From positions 1 to 43,852 of the forward strand of contig JBCCXZ010000029.1 in the NCBI GenBank assembly GCA_039190745.1: 43,852 nucleotides of DNA, in the 5' to 3' direction. The notes beneath the pieces were generated by a model. That model searched no databases and was not told the origin of the DNA. It saw only the letters and a program-made list of their open reading frames with translations. Each line of letters begins with the position of its first letter. Position 1 is the first letter of the stretch. Origin of the DNA: Planctomycetota bacterium. Lineage in GTDB: Bacteria; Planctomycetota; Planctomycetia; Pirellulales; Lacipirellulaceae. The translations under genes were made by a program, and so were the position numbers. Below, one piece after another: positions 8,769 through 17,113 of the stretch.

Positions 8769-9884
8769 TTGAGTCTCACTCTACCTGCGCCTTCCAAGCT
8801 GCGTCGCCCTAGTGGCTTTACGCTCGTCGAACTCCTGGTGGTCATCGCCATCATCGGCATCCTGGTGGCCCTGCTGCTGCCGGCGATCCAGTCCGCCCGC
8901 GAGGCAGCGCGGCGGATCCAATGCCAGAACAACCTGAAGCAAATCGGTCTCGGGTCTCTAAACCACGAGAGCACTTACGGCTTCTACATGACCGGCGGCT
9001 ACAGCTTCGATTGGGTAGCCGACCCGGATCGAGGGTTCGACGAGAAACAACCAGGTGGCTGGGCGTATAGCTTGCTGCCGTTCATCGAACAGCAAGCCCT
9101 CCGCGATCTTGGGACAGGCACTGGCCTTACCTCAACCGAGCGCACCGAGGCCTTGAGTCTCTTACTGACGACGCCTGTAGATGCATACCTCTGCCCATCA
9201 CGAGGCCGCGAACCTGTAAGCCTGGCTCGCTGGGGCAGGCCGATCAACGGACCGGCAGCACTCGAGACCCTCGCGCAGACGACCGGAGTTTTCAAAGTAG
9301 ACTACGCCGGCAACTCTGGCGACTCGCGGTACTTCGATGGCGCCAACTACGTGGCTGGCGGCGGCCGCGGCGGCGTTTACCGAATCGACACTGCAGGGCT
9401 CAGCCAGGACCCAAATCTCTGCGACGACCCTACGAATAGTCTCTACGAGTTTTGCCAGTCGGGCATCTTCTACCCTCAGAGCGAGATGAAGATCCGTGAG
9501 ATCACCGACGGCACCTCCAATACCTACCTTATCGGTGAGAAATTCATGTCTGTCGACGCCTACGAGGGCGCTATCGACAGCAGCGATGCTGGCTTCTCGT
9601 TCGGCACGAACCAGCCTGCCTATTGCGGCTATGAATGGGACAACTACCGCGTCGCGTGGAACCCCACTTTCTATTCGGTAGACGATCAAGAACTATTCCA
9701 GCCGAGGGCTGACCAACCGGGAGACGCTCCCAATCCACCGTTCATGTTCGGCAGCGCTCACCCCGCATCGTGGCACGTAGTGATGTGCGACGGGTCAGTA
9801 CAAGGGCTAGCCTACGACATCGACCCAAACCTGCACCGCAATCTAGCCGTACGTTTCGACGGGCAAGTCGTGTCGCTCGACTAG
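8769..9884 (+). CDS. DUF1559 (prepilin-type N-terminal cleavage/methylation) protein
   Basis: [77 protein letters not shown] start at 8769 with AGGAG 8 nt upstream. Confidence 0.9.
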   Translation: MSLTLPAPSKLRRPSGFTLVELLVVIAIIGILVALLLPAIQSAREAARRIQCQNNLKQIGLGSLNHESTYGFYMTGGYSFDWVADPDRGFDEKQPGGWAYSLLPFIEQQALRDLGTGTGLTSTERTEALSLLLTTPVDAYLCPSRGREPVSLARWGRPINGPAALETLAQTTGVFKVDYAGNSGDSRYFDGANYVAGGGRGGVYRIDTAGLSQDPNLCDDPTNSLYEFCQSGIFYPQSEMKIREITDGTSNTYLIGEKFMSVDAYEGAIDSSDAGFSFGTNQPAYCGYEWDNYRVAWNPTFYSVDDQELFQPRADQPGDAPNPPFMFGSAHPASWHVVMCDGSVQGLAYDIDPNLHRNLAVRFDGQVVSLD

Positions 9885-9923
9885 AACTGTTCGAGGTCGC
9901 TGCTCTGCTGCAGGAAGCCCGGG

Positions 9924-10571
9924 TCAGTTCGATTCCAGATTAAGCAAGAGAGGTCGTGTGCTCTGCATCGCTGGGTCGTCCTTTGAAACCTGCTGACCTA
10001 GCATCGTCTCGGCGTTATAGCGGGTTGGAAACTTTTCGCTGCCATTCTCAAGCTTCGACACCTGAATGCGGTAGAAGCCAGTCTGCATCCCTGCAGGGCT
10101 GGTTGGGCTTGGTCGTTGATCTTTGGGAATCTTGATGTTGGCCTGCCCCTGAATGTTGGTGGTGCCCCGCGCGGGCTGGATCGCCCCCTTGAGGTATTCC
10201 ACCGGCTCGAACGTAACCGTCGCGTCCTTCACCGGTTGGCCGTCCAACATCACAGTGCAGCGGCAACCCGTCAGCCCTACTTTCGAGTCGATCCAGCTCT
10301 GGATCCGCGCCTCAATCTCAGCCTGGCTGACCTTTTGGTCGCCGTCGGTATCGAGTGTTGACATAGCGGCCTTGAGTTCCGGGGCCGAATCTAATTCCTC
10401 GCCCGCGATCAGCCCGTCGCCGTCGCTGTCGTAGAGGTCCATCGCCTTCGACGCATCGCGGCTGGGGCTGAAGCCCGGCACGTCGATCCGCCCCGGCCCG
10501 CCGCCGCAACCGACCGCAGCTATCAAACCAACAAACCCGCACGCGGCGGCCAGGTAACGCAGGGTACTCAA
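9924..10571 (-). CDS. Lipoprotein with EF-hand pair and carboxypeptidase-regulatory-like beta-sandwich (DUF1559 partner type)
   Basis: Lipobox AAVG-C; EF-hand-like loops [12 protein letters not shown] and [38 protein letters not shown] pattern. TTG start with GAGG upstream. Confidence 0.75.
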   Translation of the reverse strand: MSTLRYLAAACGFVGLIAAVGCGGGPGRIDVPGFSPSRDASKAMDLYDSDGDGLIAGEELDSAPELKAAMSTLDTDGDQKVSQAEIEARIQSWIDSKVGLTGCRCTVMLDGQPVKDATVTFEPVEYLKGAIQPARGTTNIQGQANIKIPKDQRPSPTSPAGMQTGFYRIQVSKLENGSEKFPTRYNAETMLGQQVSKDDPAMQSTRPLLLNLESN

Positions 10572-10879
10572 GGGTCGTTCCTCTTGTTCGTGGGACAGTC
10601 CGCGGTGAGAAATCGGTCTCTCCGCGGTGCAGCTCTTACTCGCAGTTCAGCACTAACGTAGTGCAAGGCGATGCAGCCCAGCAACTGGCGACCGCACCGG
10701 CGCGGCAGGCGTGTGCGGTCGGCCGCCTCTCTGTTCTGCGCAGGGCCACTCGCCCGGTGCGCACTACGACGTCCCGCTCCAGAAGTTTGCTTGCCGAAGC
10801 AGCCGAGTTCGCACAAGATACTCACCATGACGTTGAGCAGAGGGAGGCGCCACTCACTCAACCGTTCACGAGGCCACGT

Positions 10880-12058
10880 GTGCGCACCTACCAGTCTCCC
10901 TCAAGCTCCGCCCGCCGCGCCGCGGCCTTCACCCTCGTCGAGCTGCTGGTGGTCATCGCCATCATCGGCATCTTGGTGGCTTTGCTGCTGCCCGCGATCC
11001 AGGCCGCCCGCGAAGCGGCACGGCGCATCCAGTGCCAGAACAACCTCAAGCAGATGGGCGTTGCCTCGCTCAACCACCTCTCCACCTACAATTACTACCC
11101 CAGCGGCGGCTGGGCCTACGACTTGGCGCCCGACCCAGAACGGGGCTACGGCAAAACCCAACCCGGCAGTTGGGCCTACAGCCTGCTTTCGTTCATGGAA
11201 TTGCAGAACCTCCGCGATCTCGGCTCCGGAACTGCATTGAACTCCGCCGAGCGAGCAGAGGCGCTCATCTTGCTGCACCAGACACCGGTCTCCGGATTCC
11301 TCTGCCCGACACGCGCCAAAGAAGCCATTACGCTTGCCGTGTGGAACGGTTTGGCGAATGAGACAACCGGCGCCTTGGTATCAGCCGCACGACAAACGGG
11401 GGTCATGAAAGGCGACTACGCGGCCAGCTCCGGTGATTCCGTAGAATTCGACAGCTTCTGGTTCTATACCCCCTCCGGCGGCGGCCGGGCCGGCGGCAGC
11501 GCGTACTCGCAAGTAGATGCTAACGGTATGAATAGGCTTACCAATGTCTGCGACGATCCCACGGATGACCGAGCTACCGAGTCGATCCCCATAGGAGAGG
11601 GCGGCTACTCAGCCTGCCAGTCGGGGATCATTTACATCCAGAGCGAGACCACTACCGCAGATATCCCGGACGGCACGTCCAACACCTACTTAATCGGCGA
11701 GAAGAACATCGCCCCGGACGCTTACGACGGGACCGGAGTCAAGCAAACGTCCGGCTGGTCTCTCGGGACCAACCAGTCGCTCTACGCGGGCTACGACTGG
11801 GACAACCATCGAGTCGCCTGGAATCCAGCAATCTTCGACGAAGCCGCAAGAGAGTTCTTCCAGCCGATGATCGACCGCGATGGGAGTTCAGGCAACCCGA
11901 CGCGGAGGTTTGGAAGTGCGCATGTTGCGGGTTGGAACATGATGTTCGCCGACGGTTCAGTCCACCAACTCTCCTACGAAATCGACCCACTCGTCCACAG
12001 CTATTTGGCTACGCGCTTTGACGAGAACATCGTTACGGTTGAGGACGGCCAGCGCTGA
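10880..12058 (+). CDS. DUF1559 prepilin-type protein, paralog of 8769-9884
   Basis: [48 protein letters not shown] start at 10880 after GAGG; the ORF-track extension to 10661 is probably not coding. Confidence 0.9.
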   Translation: MRTYQSPSSSARRAAAFTLVELLVVIAIIGILVALLLPAIQAAREAARRIQCQNNLKQMGVASLNHLSTYNYYPSGGWAYDLAPDPERGYGKTQPGSWAYSLLSFMELQNLRDLGSGTALNSAERAEALILLHQTPVSGFLCPTRAKEAITLAVWNGLANETTGALVSAARQTGVMKGDYAASSGDSVEFDSFWFYTPSGGGRAGGSAYSQVDANGMNRLTNVCDDPTDDRATESIPIGEGGYSACQSGIIYIQSETTTADIPDGTSNTYLIGEKNIAPDAYDGTGVKQTSGWSLGTNQSLYAGYDWDNHRVAWNPAIFDEAAREFFQPMIDRDGSSGNPTRRFGSAHVAGWNMMFADGSVHQLSYEIDPLVHSYLATRFDENIVTVEDGQR

Positions 12059-12083
12059 GACCATCTGTGATCGGCCTATAAAG

Positions 12084-12734
12084 TTAGCGGGCCTCCACCT
12101 CGAATTCTGCAGGCAGCGTGCTGCCTGTTTGTGGATCGTCCATGGCAATCTGTAGTCCGAGCACCGTCTCTTCGTTGAATTCAGCGGCGATCGTCTCTCC
12201 GTCAGCAGCTGGCTTGGTAATCCGCACAATGTAAATCCCCGCGCGCATTCCGGGGGGAAAGTCTGTCGTGGGCCGGTCTTCTTTGGGGATCGTTAGCATC
12301 GCCTCGCCTGTCCGAGCGGTCTTGCCGCTCCCGGTTTGGATCACGTCCTCCAAGAACGGGTCAGGCTCCAACGATACTACAGCGCCCGCTAACCTCTTCC
12401 CTCCCATCTTCACCACGCAACGGCAACCCGTCACCCCGATACCCGAATCGATCCAAGCCTTCACCCGGGCCGCGACCTCCGCTTCAGAAACCTTGCCGTC
12501 CCCATCAGTATCGAGCGTCGACATCGTCGCCTTCAGGCCTGGTGCGTTCTCCAACTCCTCCCCGGCCACAAAGCCATCGCCGTCGGTGTCGTACAGTTCC
12601 ATCGCACGGCCTGCGTGGTACCCCGGCCGGAACGCGGGTACGTCGATCGCGCCGGGCCTCCCGCTGCACCCCGCCAAAACGAGGTCAACCAAGAGCACGC
12701 AAACGCAACACGATTCCGATTTCAGCTTCGGCAT
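12084..12734 (-). CDS. Lipoprotein with EF-hand pair, paralog of 9924-10571
   Basis: VLAG-C lipobox; DTDGDGFVAGEE and DTDGDGKVSEAE loops; shared motifs IDVP.F.P, WIDS..G.TGCRC. Start may instead be 12764. Confidence 0.72.
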   Translation of the reverse strand: MPKLKSESCCVCVLLVDLVLAGCSGRPGAIDVPAFRPGYHAGRAMELYDTDGDGFVAGEELENAPGLKATMSTLDTDGDGKVSEAEVAARVKAWIDSGIGVTGCRCVVKMGGKRLAGAVVSLEPDPFLEDVIQTGSGKTARTGEAMLTIPKEDRPTTDFPPGMRAGIYIVRITKPAADGETIAAEFNEETVLGLQIAMDDPQTGSTLPAEFEVEAR

Positions 12735-12979
12735 CTCGCTCTTAATCCTCACGTAAAGACTCATAGGGAACGGGGCTCACCAGGCCTCGAAACGACAGGC
12801 AAGCCGGGGGAATTGGCGATGCCGAATCCGCCCGATTCCTCATCGCTGCGCACCCCCGCCACATCGACGCGCAAGCCGGTCCGACTTTGAGCTGCCGCGG
12901 TTGAATCCGAGTCTGGCCCCCATCATCATAGCGCGTTCGCGGCCCGACCGACGCAGCAGCTTAACCGCAGGGAACGAGA

Positions 12980-13828
12980 ATGGAAGACACCTGGCCGATC
13001 GGCGTGTTCACAAGCTTCGACGCCGGCCTGGGCCTCAGCCTGCCCGTTGCCCGCAGTTTGGGCCTGGAGACCATCCAACTGCACGCCCCCACCAGCGGGG
13101 CCCGTTCGACCGAGCACGTCGAAAAGCTCCAGTCCGACCTTGCAGAAAGCGGCATCCGCGTCACCTGCGTCTTCGCCGGGTTCGACGGCGAGAGCTACGC
13201 CGACATCCCCACGGTGGCCCGCACCATCGGCCTCGTCCCGCCGGAAACCCGCGACCAGCGTTGCGACGAGCTCAAGGCGATCGCCGATTTCGCCAAGGGA
13301 TTGGGCGTCGATGCGGTCGGCCTGCACATCGGCTGCGTGCCGCACGACCCCGCCGACGAAACCTACGCCGCGGTGCTCGCCGCCACGCGCGACGTGTGCG
13401 ACCACTGCCGCTCGCAGGGCCAAGCCGTCCACCTCGAAACCGGGCAGGAGCCAGCCGAAGTGCTGCACCGCTTCCTCACCGATTCCGAGCGCGACAACCT
13501 CTTCGTGAACTTCGACCCCGCGAACATGATCCTCTACGGCTGCGGCGAGCCGCTGCCCGCGCTCCGCGAGGTCGCCCCCTTCGTCCGCAGCGTCCACTGC
13601 AAGGACGCCAAGTGGTCCGATCGGCCCGGCGAAACCTGGGGCCAGGAAACGCCCCTCGGCGGCGGCGACGTCGGCATGCGTGACTTCCTGGCCGTCCTCA
13701 AGGAAATCGGGTACCGCGGCCCGCTCACCATCGAGCGTGAGATCCCCGAAGAGCCCGAACGGCAGAAGGCCGAGATCGGCCAGGCCGTAGAACTGCTACG
13801 CAGCCTCAAGACGGAGCTCTTGCCGTGA
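12980..13828 (+). CDS. Sugar phosphate isomerase/epimerase (xylose-isomerase-like TIM barrel, AP_endonuc_2)
   Basis: Metal-binding pattern HLETGQE, NFDPANMILYG, SVHCKD, GYRGPLTIERE. Confidence 0.85.
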   Translation: MEDTWPIGVFTSFDAGLGLSLPVARSLGLETIQLHAPTSGARSTEHVEKLQSDLAESGIRVTCVFAGFDGESYADIPTVARTIGLVPPETRDQRCDELKAIADFAKGLGVDAVGLHIGCVPHDPADETYAAVLAATRDVCDHCRSQGQAVHLETGQEPAEVLHRFLTDSERDNLFVNFDPANMILYGCGEPLPALREVAPFVRSVHCKDAKWSDRPGETWGQETPLGGGDVGMRDFLAVLKEIGYRGPLTIEREIPEEPERQKAEIGQAVELLRSLKTELLP

Positions 13829-13859
13829 GCCACTGCCAGCCCCGACGGAGGCGTCACGC

Positions 13860-14903
13860 ATGATCCGCGTAGGCATTGCCGGGCTTGGGTTCATGGGCAT
13901 GGTCCATTACCTGAGCTACCAGAAGATCCGCGGCGTGAAGGTCGCCGCCATCTGCGAGAAGAACCGCAAACGGCTCGAAGGAGACTGGCGGGGCATCCAG
14001 GGCAACTTCGGCCCCGCCGGAACGCGGATGGACCTCTCCGGCGTCGCCACGTATGAGAACCTCGACGACATGCTCGCCGACGACTCGCTCGACCTGATCG
14101 ACGTCACGCTGCCGCCTTCGTTGCATGCCGGCGTGGCGGTCGCGGCGCTCAAGCACAGCAAGCACGTCTTCTGCGAAAAGCCGATGGCGCTCGAGCCCCG
14201 CGACTGCCGCAAGATGAACGCCGCGGCCCAGAAAGCCGACCGCCGCCTGCTCATCGGCCACGTCCTGCCGTTCTTCCCCGAGTACGCCTGGGCACTCAAG
14301 GCCGTGCAATCCCGCCGCTACGGTAAGCTCCTCGGCGGAGAGTTCCGCCGCGTGATCTCCGACCCCAGCTGGCTGGCCCACTACTGGAAGCTCAACGTCA
14401 TCGGCGGCCCGATGCTCGACCTCCACGTCCACGACGCCCACTTCATCCGCCTGCTGTTCGGCATGCCCCGCTCGGTGCACACGGCCGGCCGCATGCGTGG
14501 CGACCTCTGCGAGCACTGGCACACCCTGTTCGACTACCCCGACGCCTCCGTAGCGGCCACCAGCGGCACGATCGAACAGCAGGGCCGCTCGTTCGACCAC
14601 GGCTTCGAGCTCCAGCTTGAGAAGGCAACGCTCGCCTTCCGCTTCGCCGTCAGCGGCGGCGACGGTCGCTACCTATGCGAGCCCACCGTGTACGACTCGA
14701 AGGGCAAGACCAAGCCCGCCAAGCTCGCCGGCGGCGACCCCATGGACGCCTTTGCCGCCGAGCTGCGTCATGTCGCGCGTTGCGTGCGCACCGGAGAGGA
14801 CGCGGGCCCGCTCGAGTCGGCCGCGGCCGAGGACGCGATCCTCCTCTGCCAGAAACAAACCCAGAGCCTCACCAAGGGCAAACCGGTCAAGGTTGTGTCA
14901 TAA
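13860..14903 (+). CDS. Gfo/Idh/MocA family NAD(P)-dependent oxidoreductase
   Basis: RVGIAGLGFMG Rossmann start, HVFCEKPMA, GGPMLDLHVHD. Confidence 0.9.
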   Translation: MIRVGIAGLGFMGMVHYLSYQKIRGVKVAAICEKNRKRLEGDWRGIQGNFGPAGTRMDLSGVATYENLDDMLADDSLDLIDVTLPPSLHAGVAVAALKHSKHVFCEKPMALEPRDCRKMNAAAQKADRRLLIGHVLPFFPEYAWALKAVQSRRYGKLLGGEFRRVISDPSWLAHYWKLNVIGGPMLDLHVHDAHFIRLLFGMPRSVHTAGRMRGDLCEHWHTLFDYPDASVAATSGTIEQQGRSFDHGFELQLEKATLAFRFAVSGGDGRYLCEPTVYDSKGKTKPAKLAGGDPMDAFAAELRHVARCVRTGEDAGPLESAAAEDAILLCQKQTQSLTKGKPVKVVS

Positions 14904-14944
14904 TACAGGTTCAAGCACCTCTCCCGATACAAAACAAGCCACCC

Positions 14945-16909
14945 ATGAAGACCCGACCCGAGAACGCCGAACTCGAATTCGCCGACCCCGCCCACGAGCG
15001 TGAGAAGACCCCCTGCCACGTCTTCCCCCACGCCCGCGAGGCGAGCGTCTACGTCGCCAACCGCATTGCCGATCTGATCCGAGCGCGCGCCGCCACGGGC
15101 GACCGTTGCGTGCTCGGGCTCGCGACCGGCAGCACGCCGGTGACTGTCTACAACGAGCTCATCCGCATGCACCGGGAAGAGGGCCTGAGCTTCGCGAACG
15201 TCGTCACGTTCAACCTCGACGAGTACTTCCCGATGCAGCCCGAAGAGCTGCAGAGCTACGTGCGGTTTATGCGGGAGCACCTGTTCGACCACGTCGACAT
15301 CCCCGCCGAGAACGTGCACATCCCCGACGGCACGCTGCCCGCCGAAGAGGTCTTCGAGCACTGCCGCCAGTACGAGTTCGCCATCCGCGACGCCGGCGGC
15401 ATCGACATCCAAGTGCTTGGCATCGGCCGTACCGGGCACATCGGCTTCAACGAGCCCGGCTCCGGACGCGCCAGCCGCACCCGGCTGATCACCCTCGACA
15501 AGGTCACCCGCGGCGACGCCGCGAGCGACTTCTTCGGCGAAGAGCACGTCCCCCGCCGCGCCATCACCATGGGCGTCGGCACCATCCTCGAAGCCAAGCA
15601 GGTCTACCTGCTCGCTTTCGGCGAGGGTAAAGCGCCGGTCGTCGCCAAAGCGGTTGAGGGTGAGATCTCCAGCATCATCGCCGCGAGCTTTCTGCAGGAG
15701 CACCCCGACAGCAAGATTATCCTCGACGAGGCCGCCGCCGAGCAGCTCACCCGCCTCCGCTGCCCGTGGGTGCTCGGCTCGGTAAAGTGGAACGAGTTCA
15801 AAATCCGCAAGGCCGTCATCTGGCTCGCCAAGCGGCTCAAGAAGCCGATCCTCAAGCTCACCGAAGAGGACTACAACGAAGAAGGGCTGCAGGACCTGCT
15901 CGCCAGCCACGGCCCCGCCTACGAGATCAACCTCCGCGTCTTCCGGCAGTTGCAAGGGACCATCGTCGGCTGGCCCGCCGGCAAGCCCGAGGACGCCCGG
16001 CAGCCCGGTGACCGGCCCCAGCGGCACGACGACATCTTCCCCAAGCGCGTGCTCGTCTTCTCGCCCCACCCCGACGACGACGTCATCAGCATGGGCGGCA
16101 CGCTCATCCGGCTCGCCGACCAGGGGCACGAGGTCCACGTCGCCTACCAGACCTCCGGCAACATCGCCGTGTTCGACGACGACGCACTGCGCTTCGCGGA
16201 GTTCTTCGGCGACTTTGCCCGCGCGACCGACATCGCGTCGGGGCCGGCCTCCGACGTGCAACGCCGCATCGAGGAGTCGATCCAGAACAAGCTCCCCGGT
16301 CAGGTCGACGCCCCGGAAATCCAGCACATCAAGGGGCTTATCCGCCGCGGCGAGGCCCGCGCCGCCACCCGCGCCAGCGGCGTGCCCGGAGAGCGGCTCC
16401 ACTTCATGGATATGCCGTTCTACGAGACCGGCCGCGTCCGCAAGAAGCCGCTCGGCGAGGAAGACATCGCCATCACGGTCGACCTGCTCAACAAGGTCCG
16501 CCCGCACCAGATCTACGCCGCGGGCGACCTCTCCGACCCCCACGGCACGCACCGCACCTGCCTCAGCGCCGTGCTGCAGGCCTGCAACCGCGTTGCCGAA
16601 GAAGACTGGTACGAGTTCTGCACCGTCTGGCTCTACCGCGGCGCCTGGCAGGAGTGGGGCCCGCACCAGATCGAGATGGCCGTCCCCCTGAGCCCCCGCG
16701 AGCTGATGCGCAAGCGGGTCGCGATCTTCAAGCACGAGTCGCAGAAAGACCGCGCCCTGTTCCCCGGCTCCGACCCCCGCGAGTTCTGGCAACGGGCCGA
16801 GCAACGCAACCGCGCTACCGCCGAGCTGTACGACGGCCTGGGCCTCGCCGAGTACGAGGGCATCGAAGGCTTCGTCCGCTGGAAGGGCGACCTCGACTAC
16901 GTGCTCTAG
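14945..16909 (+). CDS. nagB: Glucosamine-6-phosphate deaminase with C-terminal PIG-L/LmbE deacetylase-like domain
   Basis: VLGLATGSTP, FNLDEY, GHIGFNEPG, AITMGVGTI; C-terminal FSPHPDDDVISMGG and DPHGTH. ATG at 14945. Confidence 0.92.
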   Translation: MKTRPENAELEFADPAHEREKTPCHVFPHAREASVYVANRIADLIRARAATGDRCVLGLATGSTPVTVYNELIRMHREEGLSFANVVTFNLDEYFPMQPEELQSYVRFMREHLFDHVDIPAENVHIPDGTLPAEEVFEHCRQYEFAIRDAGGIDIQVLGIGRTGHIGFNEPGSGRASRTRLITLDKVTRGDAASDFFGEEHVPRRAITMGVGTILEAKQVYLLAFGEGKAPVVAKAVEGEISSIIAASFLQEHPDSKIILDEAAAEQLTRLRCPWVLGSVKWNEFKIRKAVIWLAKRLKKPILKLTEEDYNEEGLQDLLASHGPAYEINLRVFRQLQGTIVGWPAGKPEDARQPGDRPQRHDDIFPKRVLVFSPHPDDDVISMGGTLIRLADQGHEVHVAYQTSGNIAVFDDDALRFAEFFGDFARATDIASGPASDVQRRIEESIQNKLPGQVDAPEIQHIKGLIRRGEARAATRASGVPGERLHFMDMPFYETGRVRKKPLGEEDIAITVDLLNKVRPHQIYAAGDLSDPHGTHRTCLSAVLQACNRVAEEDWYEFCTVWLYRGAWQEWGPHQIEMAVPLSPRELMRKRVAIFKHESQKDRALFPGSDPREFWQRAEQRNRATAELYDGLGLAEYEGIEGFVRWKGDLDYVL

Positions 16910-16925
16910 TCGGCTGATTAAGAGT

Positions 16926-17092
16926 TAGCCGCAGAGGGACGCCGATAAACCGGTGCCGTGCCCACGCTCGCGTGGGCATGGCTCTATAGGGTGGCACGGA
17001 CTGCCGGCCGCAACCTGTTCTGTGATCGGGCAAAGCTCCACCGGCCGGTTGTCCGTGTGCGAAGCACAAGAGGCAATCCGGCCGCGTGCCAT
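16926..17092. repeat. Mosaic of palindromic (REP-like) units between convergent nagB and selD; may also act as terminator
   Basis: Hairpin gccgtgcccacgc-tc-gcgtgggcatggc (16955-16982); gtggcacg...cgtgccat (16991-17092) enclosing cacggactgccggccg / ccggccggttgtccgtg and gtgc-gaa-gcac; preceded by a half-site gccgcagagggacgccgataaac. Confidence 0.65.
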
Positions 17093-17113
17093 TGAGACGC
17101 GACCAGCTCATCG

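Noticed and set aside
10600..10721. Two GC-rich hairpins in the divergent lipoprotein/DUF1559 spacer as a riboswitch
   Set aside because: No conserved aptamer motif recognised, and such stems arise easily at this GC content.
12056..13828. UGA stops of genes near the sel cluster (e.g. 12056, 13826, 23828) as possible selenocysteine codons
   Set aside because: Each falls at the natural C-terminus of its family, none is in a Cys-equivalent redox motif, and read-through gives only short or non-homologous extensions.
14768..16804. 678-aa antisense ORF, and similar long shadow ORFs (5431-6549, 6559-7719, 21451-22536, 27538-28710, 30074-31153, 31623-32951)
   Set aside because: Mirror frames of well-supported genes, expected in high-GC DNA with few stop codons; no recognisable motifs.
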